Assembly: GCA_043228905.1 (NCBI GenBank)
Contig: JBHGNT010000001.1
Location: 17,360,001-17,424,000 of the forward strand
Reading direction: 5' to 3'
Length of the DNA: 64,000 nucleotides
From: Azolla caroliniana
Taxonomy: Eukaryota; Plantae; Polypodiophyta
Shown here: positions 24,945 through 37,432 of the stretch, piece by piece
How the letters are laid out: every line of letters starts with the position of its first letter
How positions within the stretch are numbered: position 1 is the first letter of the stretch
Program-made: the position numbers and the translations under genes
The notes under the pieces: generated by a model
What the model was told of the DNA's origin: nothing
Seen by the model: only the letters and a program-made list of their open reading frames with translations
The model's database searches: none

Positions 24945-26051
24945 TTTTCTTCTAACTAACTAACGACATCAAATTTGTTTGATAGATTTGGGCTCTTAGT
25001 ACTATTAGGACTATCAGATATTCCTACTGAAATAGACTCGGGTTTAGTACAATTAGAACTAGCAACTATTTGGTTTACCTGTCTTCTTGGCCTATGGGAA
25101 CAATTCATTGCAATATGCCCTGGTCCACCACAATAAAGACATAGTCGATTTGCTCGGCATCGCTACTTTTCTTCTTCCGCTAATGGTCCGTGACGACGTG
25201 TAGTGTCAATTTCCATCGAAGTTGGAGTATTCATTGGAGATGCATTATATGACTCCCTTGGAAAAGGTTTTGCTACCACTAAGGCGTAAGTGGGCTCTAA
25301 TCTTGCCCTTGGCATCTGGAACTGGCGTTCCGAACGTCGTTCGAAAAGACGGTTGTCACATCTCACCGCGTGACTGATTGCTTTTGTCAATGACTTTGGT
25401 TCTTCGGGGAAGGTCAAGAATAAATCCTTGACATCGTTAGTGCTTTGTCATCCCAGGGAATATCGGAGGCGAGTAGGCAGAAATCTGCAACGTATGCAGA
25501 GGCTGGACGATCACCTTGACGTAATTGTCGGATTTTTTTTATTGTTGTCCTTATGTTGTCAGTATCTCCAAAATAGGCTTTAAACTCACTTAAAAACTCT
25601 TCAAATTTGTGAAGGAGATCCCTTTCCTAACAACGGAGCGAACCATGCCAAAGCTGAGCCACTTAACAACGTGCCTACTAAACCCACTCGTGATGCATCG
25701 GTGGAATATCAGGAAGGATGCATTTGAATGACTAATCGTACCTTATTAAGGAATCCTCTAAATTGCGATCACATTCCATCAAATTTCATGGGAAGGCCGA
25801 TCTTGGGTTCTTTATGAATCCCTTGCATATTGGGTCTTTATTGTTGCATCACTACTATGGTTGCTTCGAGTTGTTGCACGCGTAACACTATTTCTCCATG
25901 TTGTTGTTGCGTCTATTGCTTTTCTAAGGAGATTTGTTGAAGATCCCCCAACAACCGTTGATTTTCTTGTTCCAAAGCAAGGAACTTCTCTTTCAAGCAT
26001 TGCAACTCCGAGAAAACGAACTAATATTATTGAGCGCTAACAATGGCCATA
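24932..26051 (-). pseudogene. gag: Chromovirus gag, disrupted
   Basis: Collinear with the intact gag at 47424-48593 (FPEEPKSL..AIS.AVRCDNRLFERR). Confidence 0.88.
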
Positions 26052-26150
26052 GGATGAGAGGAAAGAGGAATAATATATTAGTATGAATGGAGGGAAACGT
26101 AAGAAGATAAAGGGAAGAGGAGGAAATAGGTGAGGGAAATCAGTTCAAAC

Positions 26151-26564
26151 TGTCAGGAATAGTACTGAGACAGAGAGGAAATTAGTACTAAGACATGAAT
26201 ATTAGTACTAAGAGGAAAAGAGGGTGTAGAACACTTAAGAGAAGGAGAGAGAGAGAGAGAGAGAGAGAATGATGACGACATCGATATATTATGTGAAAAG
26301 AATATACCAGAATAGCTAGGAGGCTTAAGACTGGCATTGAACCGATTTGGTTCGAAATAATGCCTTGTGCCTCCTTTTATAGTGTTCTTAGGAGTATTCC
26401 TGAAGTTTCTAGAATGTTCTAGAGAAATCTGGAATATACATCAATTTTCTATAGTAAAACTTAATGAAAATAATAACCTTCGTATTACAACATATAGTCT
26501 AATGGTCAAGAGCTCGACCCATGTAACATAAGGTCATGGGTTTGAGTCTTGCCATATCATGACA
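26151..26564 (-). repeat. 5' LTR of C
   Basis: TGTCA...TGACA termini; homologous to 46863-47345 and 62505-62938. Confidence 0.92.
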
Positions 26565-28975
26565 GATTCAAACTTCTTGTACCATTGGCATGGAGCTTGT
26601 TTCAGACCATACAAGCTTTTCTTTAGTTAACACACTAGGTTCTCTTTCCCTTTCTCCTCAAAGCCTTCGGGCTGTTGCATGTAGATCTCTTCATCCATCT
26701 CCCCATGCAAGAATGTTGTCTTGACATCCAATTGTTCGATCTCCAGATCCATGCTGGGAGCTATGCTCAGAACAGTTCTTATGGATGTCATCCTTACTAT
26801 TAGAGCGAATATCTCGTCAAAGTCGACACCCTTTTTCTGTTGGAAACCCTTCACCACAATGCCGGCTTTATACCTAGGCGCGATGTCGATTTCTCCAGTC
26901 TTCACTTTATAGACCCATTTGTTCCTGAGTGCTCTTTTACCTTTTGGTAATTCTACTAGGTCATAGGTGTAGTTTTCATGCAAGGAGTCCATCTCATCTT
27001 GCATTGCACTCAGCCATCTTTCTCTATGCTTGTCGGCAATGGATTCATCATAGCACTTTGGGTCACCTTCATCAGTCAAGAGGATGTATTGACTAGCATA
27101 TGTTGTCTGTGCTCTTCTTTCTCTGAGTGGGTATCTCCTTCCACTCGTCGTTGGCTCTTCTTTGGATGTCTCTGCCAACTCTTCTCTCAACTTAGGTTCA
27201 TGTATTTCAATTGGGCTTCTCAAGGTTGGACGACTCCAACTCGTATTCCTCGATCGACCTTAGCAGCTCTACTGACTTAGACTCATAGTTGGTTAGTCTC
27301 TCCCAATTGACCAACTCGGATTCAACTATGCCGATTGGGTGTCTTCGATTAGCTGATTGTGTTGGTTCACTTGGCATTAAGTCGACAGTAGTCGAGGTGA
27401 ACTGGGAAGTCGATTCCAACTTCTGTTGCTTCTAGTCCTCAATTGTTTTGTCTTCCAAGAAGACTACATCCCGACTCCTCACCACCTTCTTATTGACTAA
27501 GTTCCATAGCCTGTAGCCTAACTCATCCTCCGAATATCCCATAAATATGCATGGTTTCGACTTGCTATCGAGCTTCGACCTATGATCCTTTGCAACATGG
27601 ATGTACACTAAGCATCTGAACACCCTCAGGTGTTACTAGGAGACATCCTTTCCTGTCCACACCCTTTGTGGGACATCACCTTTCAGTGGTACTAAGGGGG
27701 ACATGTTGATTAGGTAAACCTTTGTGTACATTGCCTCAACCCAATACGATTTAGGTTGTTTCGCATGTGACAACATGCTCCTTACTCTCTCCATGATTGT
27801 TTGATTCATCCTCTCTGCAAGCCCGTTCAACTCAGGGGTCTTCGCCACTGTGTATTCGATTCAAATACCTTGGGACTTGAAGTATTCCTCGAACTTCCCT
27901 CTATATTCACCATCATTGTCGGTTCGGACAACTTTCAACTTCCAACCTGACTCCCGTTCGGCTCTTGCCTGGAACTCCTTCAAGAACAATACTTAATATT
28001 TTGACTTTAGTATGAAAGCCCACAGCTTTCGATTGTAGTCGTCGATGATGGAGCATCTACATAATACACATCCGTGTGTACTAGTTCCAGTGGCACTTCT
28101 CTTCTTCTTGGTGGTCTTGAGTGGAATGTTGCTCTGTTCTGCTTTCCAACAAGCAGTCGAGGCACTTCTCCAGGTGCACTTCCTTTACATCTAGTAGAAG
28201 TTTTTGGTCGGCTAACAAATGCAGACCCTTCTCACTCATGTGGCCTAGCCTCTTATGCCATATTTGTCCTGCTGAGTCGGGTGCCACATTCACTTCTGAC
28301 TTGCATAGTCGCGCTTGCATCATATACAACATGCCTTCTTTCTATGCTCGAACCACTATGAGGTTTCCTCGGTAGAACTTCACTTGCCATTACGAAAGCT
28401 ACCACTATAGCCTTCATTGTCCATCTCTCCAGTCGATATCAGATTCAATTTGATATTAGGGATGTGCCGAACATCCTTCAAAGTCAGTTGACACCCTGTG
28501 AACATCGTCAAGCAGACACTTCCGACTCGGGCTACTTTGCACTCTCCATTATCATCGGCTACGTAATTCGAGAAATACTCTCTTGATAGAGTTATAAGGA
28601 AAGATGTACCGGAGTCGATCACCCAAGTGCATTCTTTGCTTGCAAGATTTGCACTTGCCTATTCACAAATGAACAAGAGTTCTTCATTACTCATAGCAAT
28701 GGCTGAAGTGCTCTTTTCATTGCACGTTATTACCAACACTCTTGTACTTCTTAAGATGTCGGCAGTACTTTTGGAAATGTCCAGGCTTTCTACAATAAAC
28801 GCATGTTAGCTTACCTCTGGACTTCAATCTACCTAGAGACTTTTCTCTCCTTGGTGGACTCCTTTGCCGGTTCCTTCCTGTGTCCGAATGTTGTGACACA
28901 TTCACATCTGAATGAGGCAAGACACCCTTGTCATTCCTTCTCGCTTCCTCATTCAAGATGCTTGTCTTCACCACT
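26565..28975 (-). mobile_element. Tork/Tnt1-like Copia T3 internal fragment (gag end, PR, IN, RT start); host of C
   Basis: CVYCRKPGHFQKYC, IDSGTSF, WHKRLGHMSEKGL, TPELNGLAERMN and KRALRNKWVYK...QLDVKTTFLHG. Confidence 0.9.
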
Positions 28976-28984
28976 TATTCACAT

Positions 28985-29720
28985 TAGGTGCATTCTGCCA
29001 TATGCCCAATTTGCCTACATTTGAAGCACTGATTCAGCAATCCAGCATATATAATCTTTTGTACTCACACTTTGCCACCACTCAATGGCGGCAATCGAAT
29101 CGATGCGGGAAGAACCATATTATTATGACCTAACAATCGCACTATTGGTGTATTCTGGTTTTTTGAACTAAACCTATCAATTTCTACATCATCATCTATC
29201 AAATGCCCAATTGTGGCCGCAATATCATTTATTACCAATCGCCACTCTTTGGGTAAGGCCCTTTGGGTAAGGTCGGGAACATTACAGAGAAAACAAATCG
29301 CCTAGAAATTGTGTCGCTTAAGTCATCTAAATCGAATCTTGCATACCATTTTTAAAATTGCATCCATATTCTTTTTATCTTAACACTACCCATCAGAAGC
29401 AATTTGTCCACTATATTACCACTATTAAATTCAATGTGGTAGCATCCCTTACCAAGAAATTGGATGTCGATTATTGGTGCTAACTCACCTTGCAACCGAG
29501 CCTATAGTAGATGACGCAACTCAGCCCGATTTGGATGACCACCCACAACATAAATAACAATTGAATGTTGTTGTCAGCGATCCACCTCTGCATGTAACTT
29601 CTGTTCTACATTAGCAGAGAGACAGAAGTCCATCGTGAGATCTACGACTGGAGAGGAAGCAAAGGGCGGTGCACTGGAGTCCCTTTTGTGTGTTGTCGCA
29701 GCATCGAACATGCTTGTCAT
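28985..29720 (-). pseudogene. L1-like LINE ORF1 fragment (DUF4283-like region plus CCHC knuckle)
   Basis: Manual translation gives IYVVGGHPNRAELRHLL*ARLQ...IQFLGKGCYHIEF...W.....W, and after a frameshift NQCFKCRQIGHMA. Confidence 0.65.
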
Positions 29721-29808
29721 CTGTTTTTTCTTCGTTGTTATGCATTTTTTTTAAAATTTTCCATTTCAATTAGTAACTAATACAATAAAGACCAGTTTGG
29801 TTTCGTGA

Positions 29809-30888
29809 ATGTTGAGTTGCACACAACTTTTTAGATTAGAGGCAATAGTTTTTAGTCAATGTGACAATAGGATAGTTATGTGTTCAACCATTTCTTACCG
29901 TAATCTCATCAATATTTCTTACTCCTTGGGGGAAAAGATCGTAAAGGTCCCCTTCTTTCAATACTCAGTAAAACTTGGAAGATCATCACTACTCTCTCAG
30001 AATGTAACGATACCAGTAGCTCAAAAACATTGGACCAATTGGGGTGTTTCCACTTTGCATTTGAGAACCTATTGGAAATGGATATGGTCATTCAAGGGGC
30101 CAACTAAATTTATTCTCTTTCGATGGTTATTAGTGTATATGGCACTACCCATTGGTCATTCATTGAAAGGGAATGTAGCACCCAATTTGCAGCAATGTGG
30201 CTTTTGCCATGAACCTCAAGAGACTACCAAGCATGTCCTATGGTCTTGTTCTTTTGCTCAACAAGTATGGAAGAAAGTCATGTCTTTATTCCTAACAATC
30301 AATGTAGGTTGCCTATTCTCATGGGGATCAACGATGTGGGGAGTATTACATTTTGGCTTGATGTTGTATGAGGCAAACGATGTTCATGAGGCAATGACAA
30401 TACATAATAGAAGATTGTTATTAGTTAGTCCCTTCCAACAACCTCGCAAGCAGGTGCGATCTGTCCAAATTTAGAAAACTATGACCATAATAACTTTATG
30501 GGCATTATGGAAATATCGATGTAATCGACTTTATGATGGGGTAGACATTCATCTCTTAAATGTGTTGTTTGAGATATGGGAGAATTTGTTGGCAGTAGTC
30601 TATGGCCAGTATGACAATATGCAAGGTTCCCCAGATACTGTGAACAAGAAAAGGAAAAACCTTCTTCACTTATGGAAAAAGGTGCCCCTGTTTACAATGT
30701 CAACTCAAGAGCCTCAATGGCAATATCGACTTCCATGGACTCTTTCTTGAATATCATCAAATATAAACATCCTTGTATTTTACACCATTGTATAGGAAAA
30801 GTTGTAACCTCCTTGGTAGCTAGGTTCAAGTTGTAGCCTTCGGGCACTTTGTTCTTAATACTATTGAAGAAAATCTTTTAAAAAAAAA
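29809..30888 (+). mobile_element. 3' end of an L1-like LINE (ORF2 zf-RVT, 3' UTR, A-tail)
   Basis: WKWIWS....K...FRWL....LP...CGFCHEPQETTKHVLWSCSFAQQVW and LWALWKYRC; A-run at 30880-30888. Confidence 0.85.
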
Positions 30889-31675
30889 TATTGAAAGTTG
30901 GAAAAACAACCATGAATATCCAAAATCCTACATTATACAAACCTAACATTATACCAATTGAAAACTTAATATAGACCATTCGGTATTAGAAAATGTGAAG
31001 GGCATATCTATTAAACAAAACAACATATTGAAAGACATTCCCATGTGAAGGAATGAAACGGGTCAGATAAACTATTCTTTGATAGAAAGAAGATGCATTG
31101 CACTACATAGACAAAAAGTCTGAAGGATTTTTAAGTTCATAATGGAGTATTTTTAGGACATTACAGGACGGAATGTATTACAATTGAGCTATTAACTCTC
31201 ACAAAACTTCAAAGATGTTGGTGTTTTGAACACTTTAGGACATCTTCGATTCAATAACGGTTTCATGACTTGAGAAACCACCAAGTGCATGCATCTATCT
31301 ATTGACAATCCTCAACATGGATAATGAAACAAATATTGTATCATATATCATTTCATTTGAAAGACAACATATTTTGTCCATCACTAGGGTTATTAAGAGT
31401 GAGCTCTAAGGAAATATTTGAGGCCAAATATCGATCTCAATTATTAATGTGTTATATGACTAGCCTACTTTACCAAAGGCAACACTATTATTTTCAATCA
31501 TGTCGTTTGCTAGGGAGAAAAATGTTATTGTGCTCGATCTCAAACTACAAACATGAATGGTTTTACACTAGCTATGGAAAATATATTTTGCATCACTAGA
31601 AATATATTTATTTCACATTAAGCATAGCAATAGTTAAGTAGGAAGAAGTTCATGCATGAAGATTTTGAGGGTGTG

Positions 31676-32118
31676 TGTTACGGGCATGCCCATATAATAT
31701 CCCGTGGTGAGAATTTACCGTAGTATTCTATACACGCGGATAAGTGTGAGGGTGGTTAAACGAGAGTGTACAGAAGGGGAGGATTACTTTTAATCTTCGG
31801 GATTGAGACAACCCATTAGGCCAAGTGTGAACTTGCCTGGGGGCCTTGGGTATCACTATAAATATGAGGCCTAGCTACCCTCATTTCATCATATCTTGAC
31901 TGTGTCAAGACTCTGTTTCGTGGTGGGTCAACTCTTGTAGCGAGCACGCCATCACCTGGTACAACTTGACGCAACGGCGGTGGTATGGGACGCCGATCGA
32001 GGCTCGAGTCTGTCTCGATCCCTTCGCTCGAGGGTGGTCGAGTGCATTGACACCCTTCTTTCTCTCTCTCCTTTCTATCTATCTATTTTTTATCCTTATC
32101 ATATGCTTACCTCAGATC
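31676..32118 (+). repeat. 5' LTR of Z (main part; last 12 bp at 37823-37834)
   Basis: TGTTA start, TATAAATA at about 31857, CT-rich tract; TAACA end and PBS are found beyond element B. Confidence 0.78.
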
Positions 32119-32589
32119 TGTCAAGACTGAGAGAGAGAAAGAGAGAGAAAAAGAGATAGAGAGATAATTGAAAGAGAATTATTATATTGAAGCGTAAAAT
32201 GGATTACAAAGAGTAGGCTACAAAATGGCGTTGAACCAATTTAGGTTTGGGATGGGTGGTAGATCCCTATTTATAAGTAATAGAGAACACTCTAGAATAT
32301 TCTAGGTTATCCTAGAATGTAGAGTAATCTAGAAGATCTCTAGAGTATTCTAGAAGGTTCTAGTGGTATAGAACACTCTAGAATATTCTAGGTCATTCTA
32401 GAATGTAGAGTAATATAGAATATTCCTATGATATTAGATTTCATATTCTAGAGACTATACATATAAGAATATTAATACAATGGTTAAGGATTTGACATGT
32501 GTACAACAAGGTCGTGGGTTCAAATCCTTTCGAGTCATAATGTGAGTGTCATGATCCTTTCTATGCATGATGTGACTGTTATCATGACA
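32119..32589 (-). repeat. 3' LTR of B
   Basis: TGTCA...TGACA termini, adjacent PPT, direct repeat of 37433-37817. Confidence 0.95.
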
Positions 32590-33007
32590 CTATCCCCCTT
32601 CTTCGACGACACGTCTCACGGGTCGTAGGGTTTGTATTAGGACCTGGTTTACAAGGATATTGGCGATGAAATGCATTGACGAGTTCTGCAGCATTGGAAA
32701 GATTTGTGGCAGGTTCCCAAGTTCGATCATTGGGGGTATAGCCTAGCCAATCGACTAAGTAATACAGCTTGTTGCGCACGATTTTAGAATCGATAACGGC
32801 AGCAACTTCAAATTCAGGCCCGTCCAAGAACTCGACAGGTGGGGGGGGTGTCGTAAGACGGCCCAGAATTGAACTTGTAGTATAAGGTTCCAAAAGGGAT
32901 ACATGAAACACCAGATGAAGATGCATGTGCGGAGGGAGGTCAAGACGAAATGCAACATCACTTATCTTACCAGTGATCATGTAAGGGCCAAAACGTTGGT
33001 AATCCAA
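32582..33007 (-). CDS. pol: Integrase C-terminus (GPY/F motif) and chromodomain, separated from pol by a frameshift
   Basis: RFGPY...HLVFHVSLLEPY...EFEVAAVIDS...YYLVDWLGYTPNDRTWEP. Confidence 0.85.
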   Translation of the reverse strand: MDYQRFGPYMITGKISDVAFRLDLPPHMHLHLVFHVSLLEPYTTSSILGRLTTPPPPVEFLDGPEFEVAAVIDSKIVRNKLYYLVDWLGYTPNDRTWEPATNLSNAAELVNAFHRQYPCKPGPNTNPTTRETCRRRRGIVS

Positions 33008-33019
33008 TTTACTACAAGG

Positions 33020-36000
33020 TCAAGTGGTCTTGATGTTGTGTTGGAGAAGCCATACATGATCCCCAATGCGGAACTTTTTTGAGGAGTCTAGACGATGACG
33101 ATCAACAAGCCTCTTGTGTGTAAATTGAGCATCGTGCAAATTGTGGAGAATGTTAGCTTGAATTTCTTGGAGGCGACTAAGACGATCCTCAACAGCAGGG
33201 TTGGTAGGAACTTCTGGATGCGCATTCATCGTCCACCGAGGATGACAGCCTGTATTTGCGAAAAATGGGGAATATCCTGTAGAAGAATGGGTTGAGTTGT
33301 TGTAAGCGAATTCCGCCAAGTGCAAAAAAGCAACCCAATCATCTTGTTGATAGTTGATGAAACAACGAAGATATTGTTCCAATGTCTGGTTGGTACGCTC
33401 TGTTTGGCCATTTGTTTCAGGATGATAGCCCGAAGAAAGCTTAACTGAAATGTGGAGAAGTTTGAACAGGTGCTTCCAAAACTTTGAGATGAATTGTGGA
33501 CCACGATCACTAATAATATCATCCGGCAGACCATGATGCTTAAATACCTCCCACATAACGAGATCAGCCATCTCTTGACTAGTAATCGACTTTGTACATG
33601 GCAAGAAATGTGCCATTTTGGTAAATCGATCAACCATTGTGAGAATTGCATCAAAACCTTTTGAAACTGGGAGATCAGTAATGAAGTCCAAGGATATAGA
33701 ATTCCAAGGAGTTTCTAGAATGGGAAGTGGTTGTAGCAAGCCATAGGGTCGGTGACGAGGATTCTTTGATCGACAACATAATTCACAACTCCGAACATAC
33801 TCCTCAACAAAATGACGAAGGTGAGGCCACCAATAGCGTCGAGAAATTAATTCTAGAGTCTTGTGAACTCCAAAATGACCAGCCATTGGTGAGTCATGGC
33901 AATGTTGCAAAACTTGTAGCCGTGGGGGACCATCAGGAACATACAATAAATTTTGTCGAAATAGAAAACCATCATGCCAATAGAACTGACAATAGTCATT
34001 ACGAGGATTTTTCGACTGTAAGCAAGAAGCACGATCCGGGACGATATGATCCAAAACATCCTTGGTGAAATCATCAGTGGCCATATGATCTCGAATGGAA
34101 TCAAGAAGAGTGGAATTTTCAAGAGTTGTTATGGCGTTAACTACCATTAATCGTAATCGATTAGGACCCAAAAGGATTTGTTTTTGATGCTCAAATGCAG
34201 GTTCCCCTGGACGAAGTTCCATATAAGAGCGCCGAGAAAGAGCATCTGCTTTGCCTTGCTGCATCCCAGGGCGATATATGATGATAAAGTCGAAGTGAGT
34301 CAAAAATTGCGCCCACTGGGCTTGTCGCCGACTCAAGACTCGAGCATTTTGGAAATAAGTCAGGTTCTTATGATCATTGTAGACAATGATCTGTTGAGAA
34401 GAACCTTCTAGGAAATGTCGCCATTGTTGAAACGAATCCACGATTGCAAGAAGCTCTTTGTCATGGATCTCGTAGTTGATCTCTACAGCTTCAAACTTTC
34501 GTGAATGAAAGGCGACAGGGTGTAGTTGTCCATCATCTCCAGTCTGCGAGAGGACACTCCCTAGTGCAAAATCGGATGCATCAGCTTCGAGGATGAAGCG
34601 TTTTGTTGGGTCAACATGTGCTAAGATAGGTGCCATTGTAAATGCTCGTTTTAAGCTCTCGAATGCCTCGTCTGCATCTGAACTCCATATAAATGGTTGA
34701 TCTTTATGTGTGAGTTGAGTAAGCGGAAGCACAACCTTGGAATAATCTTTAATAAATTTTCGATAAAAATTTGCAAACCCGAGAAAACATTGCACATCAT
34801 GCACTGAAAGGGGCGTTTGCCACTCTAAAATTGCTTGTACCTTCATGGGGTCCATAGCAATACCATTTGACGATACAACATACCCCAAAAATTCCACTTG
34901 ATTCTGGCCGAAACTACACTTTTCTAATTTTGTGTAGAGACCATATTCTCGGAGTCGACGCAGTACTTGACGAACATGTTCATCATGCTCCTCTTGGGTC
35001 TTTGAGTAGATTAAAATATCATCTAGGTAAACTATAGTGAAGATATCAAGAAAATCTCGAAAAATATCGTTTGCCATTTGTTGGAAAACAGCAAGTGCAT
35101 TCGTGAGACCGAATGGCATCACTGTATACTCAAAATGTCCATAGCGAGTGCGGAAAGTTGTCTTCCATTCATCCCCCGGGCAAATCCGAACTAGATTATA
35201 TGCTCCGCGAAGGTCCAACTTCGTGAAATATTTTGCACCACTGAGACGTTCCAAAAGATTCGGGATTAATGGTAGAGCATATCTATTCCGGATAGTCACT
35301 TTGTTTAGCCCTCGATAATCCACGACCAACCGAAGAGTCCCATTCTTCTTCTTAACGAAGAAGATAGGTGCACCAGCAGGGGATCTAGAATGCCGAATGA
35401 ATCCGTTTGCCAGATTCTCATCAATATATTCCCGCAAAGTCTCTAGCTCTACAGGGGAGAGATTATAAATTGGGCCCCATGGAGGTTCTTTCCCTGGTTG
35501 TAAGTCAATAGGGCAGTCGTATGGCCAATGCTCCGGCAATGTATTGGCCTTCACCTTATCAAAGACATCTGAAAACTCCTTGTATTTCTCTGGTAGTTTA
35601 ATATCCGCTTCACGTGAAGTGGATGATGGAGTTGCTATTATTGCGAAGACGAACATGGCCTCGTTCCCCCCTTCCTCCCGCAACTGTCGTAAAGAGATGG
35701 GCGATAACTCCGGGGATCTATTATCACATGTAGGAGAGAGGGATGCGGGATTTGTGCTTTTTTCCCGGGTCTCCTCAATTGTTCTTTTCATCCAATCAAT
35801 CTTCGGGTTATGGAGTTCAATCCAAGGGAGACCTAGAACTATTGGGTGTTCCGGACTACGAATAATGTTGAAAGAGATTATGCTTGCCAAATTGCCAAGA
35901 ACTATCCTAATTGGCTCGGACTCCTCGACTATATCTCCTGATGCTATGGGACATCCATCAATGACTCCTACGGCTACTGGGTTGGGAAGCATATTCAAGA

Positions 36001-36034
36001 GGATGTTTTGTGACAAGGCAAATTCACGATCCAT
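33020..36034 (-). CDS. pol: Pol polyprotein (PR-RT-RNase H-integrase) of B
   Basis: 1004-aa ORF with VYLDDILIY, EADASDFA, H..P.AGH...C..C, SLDFITDLP, SDRGPQF and HPETNGQTER. Protease LLDSGANSCF lies just upstream of the called start; there is a premature TAG near 36105. Confidence 0.93.
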   Translation of the reverse strand: MDREFALSQNILLNMLPNPVAVGVIDGCPIASGDIVEESEPIRIVLGNLASIISFNIIRSPEHPIVLGLPWIELHNPKIDWMKRTIEETREKSTNPASLSPTCDNRSPELSPISLRQLREEGGNEAMFVFAIIATPSSTSREADIKLPEKYKEFSDVFDKVKANTLPEHWPYDCPIDLQPGKEPPWGPIYNLSPVELETLREYIDENLANGFIRHSRSPAGAPIFFVKKKNGTLRLVVDYRGLNKVTIRNRYALPLIPNLLERLSGAKYFTKLDLRGAYNLVRICPGDEWKTTFRTRYGHFEYTVMPFGLTNALAVFQQMANDIFRDFLDIFTIVYLDDILIYSKTQEEHDEHVRQVLRRLREYGLYTKLEKCSFGQNQVEFLGYVVSSNGIAMDPMKVQAILEWQTPLSVHDVQCFLGFANFYRKFIKDYSKVVLPLTQLTHKDQPFIWSSDADEAFESLKRAFTMAPILAHVDPTKRFILEADASDFALGSVLSQTGDDGQLHPVAFHSRKFEAVEINYEIHDKELLAIVDSFQQWRHFLEGSSQQIIVYNDHKNLTYFQNARVLSRRQAQWAQFLTHFDFIIIYRPGMQQGKADALSRRSYMELRPGEPAFEHQKQILLGPNRLRLMVVNAITTLENSTLLDSIRDHMATDDFTKDVLDHIVPDRASCLQSKNPRNDYCQFYWHDGFLFRQNLLYVPDGPPRLQVLQHCHDSPMAGHFGVHKTLELISRRYWWPHLRHFVEEYVRSCELCCRSKNPRHRPYGLLQPLPILETPWNSISLDFITDLPVSKGFDAILTMVDRFTKMAHFLPCTKSITSQEMADLVMWEVFKHHGLPDDIISDRGPQFISKFWKHLFKLLHISVKLSSGYHPETNGQTERTNQTLEQYLRCFINYQQDDWVAFLHLAEFAYNNSTHSSTGYSPFFANTGCHPRWTMNAHPEVPTNPAVEDRLSRLQEIQANILHNLHDAQFTHKRLVDRHRLDSSKKFRIGDHVWLLQHNIKTT

Positions 36035-36219
36035 GAAACAAGAGTTGGCTCCAGAATCTAGAAGGGCAGAGGCTAGGACACGATGACATGTAGATGTGGT
36101 AAGCTAGACTTGTGCTGAAAAAACTCGACTCACTTGATTTGATGAAATGGAACCATGGCTAGGAACTAACTCTACATAGCTAGGATGGTCCAGCCAAATG
36201 GCTCCTATTTTGGCCGGAC

Positions 36220-37344
36220 TTACTCGTTTAACACATCCTCTAATTGACTCAAGACATTGAATCTATTCTCATGACATGGACTATGAGGCTTATTTATGTT
36301 ATTAGAAGTAACAATAGAACTCGATGTAGGGTTTTCATGGGCACTTACTTGGTATACTTGATGCCTAGGTTTATGTGGACAATTTACAGCTATATGTCCT
36401 AGACCGCCACAATACAGGCAGAGGCGATGCGCTCGACGTCGTTGCTTCTCAGCATCTGATAATGGCCCACGACATTGTGTTGACTCTATTTCCATCGGAG
36501 TTGGGCCATCCCTTGTAATGGGTCTAGAAACTTGTGGAGGCGATGCGACTACGGAAGCGTAAGTCTGCTCAGGTTGGCTATGTAACATTTGTTGGCGCTC
36601 AGAACGTCGCTCAAATAGGCGATTATCACATCGCACAGCTCGACTAATGGCTTCTATAAGTGACTTTGGATCTTCAGGGAAAGTAAGAAGAAGATCTTTG
36701 ACATCATTTCTCAAACCTTGACGGAATTGATCCATTAAAGCTGCCTCATCCCAAGGGATATCGCATGCCAAGAGACGGAAATCGGCTGCATAAGACGACG
36801 CGGGACGATCTCCTTGTCGAAGCCTTCGAATCTTGTTTATCGTTGTCCTAGTGTTGTCGGTGTCTCCGAAACTAGCTTGAAACTCTTTAACAAATGCCTC
36901 GAAATCCTCTAGCAATGGTGATTTCTTCTCGAGAAGTGGTGCGAACCATGCTAACGCCGTACCGCATAGCAAAGTTCCCACTAATCCCACACGAGCAGCA
37001 TCAGTTGGATACTGATTGGGATGTAGCTGAATAACTAGACGAACTTGATTCAAAAAGCCTCGAAATAAAGACCTCATACCATCAAACTTGGCAGGGAGGC
37101 TGATCTTTGGCTCTCTAGGGGAGTTCTGAGCCCCCAACGCTTGCTCTCGTAATGACAATATAGTCGCCTCGAGTTGATGAACCCGCTGTGATAACTCTTC
37201 ATATTGTTGAGCTTTTTCGGCGCTCACGTGTTGTAGATCTCCAAGTAGCCTTTGATTCTCATGCTCTAATGCCACAAATTTATTCGTGAGCATGTCGAGC
37301 TCAGAAAGAACACGCATGTATTCTTGTTTGCTCACGGACTCCAT
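36220..37344 (-). CDS. gag: Gag of B (coiled coil, Ty3/PEG10-like capsid, CCHC knuckle)
   Basis: Intact 374-aa ORF with EPKISLPAKFDG, LRQGDRPASSYAADF and CLYCGGLGHIAVNC. Confidence 0.95.
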   Translation of the reverse strand: MESVSKQEYMRVLSELDMLTNKFVALEHENQRLLGDLQHVSAEKAQQYEELSQRVHQLEATILSLREQALGAQNSPREPKISLPAKFDGMRSLFRGFLNQVRLVIQLHPNQYPTDAARVGLVGTLLCGTALAWFAPLLEKKSPLLEDFEAFVKEFQASFGDTDNTRTTINKIRRLRQGDRPASSYAADFRLLACDIPWDEAALMDQFRQGLRNDVKDLLLTFPEDPKSLIEAISRAVRCDNRLFERRSERQQMLHSQPEQTYASVVASPPQVSRPITRDGPTPMEIESTQCRGPLSDAEKQRRRAHRLCLYCGGLGHIAVNCPHKPRHQVYQVSAHENPTSSSIVTSNNINKPHSPCHENRFNVLSQLEDVLNE

Positions 37345-37432
37345 AGCTTACGAGGGGAGAGGAGAAGGAAGAAGAGAAATTGTTAGGGTTTGTGGAAGAC
37401 GAAGAGATGAAAGGAAAGAAATTGGTTCAAAC

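Larger units (their letters stand above)
21506..26564 (-). mobile_element. Tcn1-like chromovirus C (same family as A and D), degenerate, 3' LTR missing
   Basis: 5' LTR 26151-26564, gag, protease LLDSGANSCF, RT YLDDLLVY, RH, IN and chromodomain EYEVAAILDS...YYLVDWLGY....TWEP. Confidence 0.93.

Noticed and set aside
30890-31675. ORF 31324-31599 and the surrounding AT-rich DNA
   Set aside because: No recognisable motifs or termini; left unannotated.
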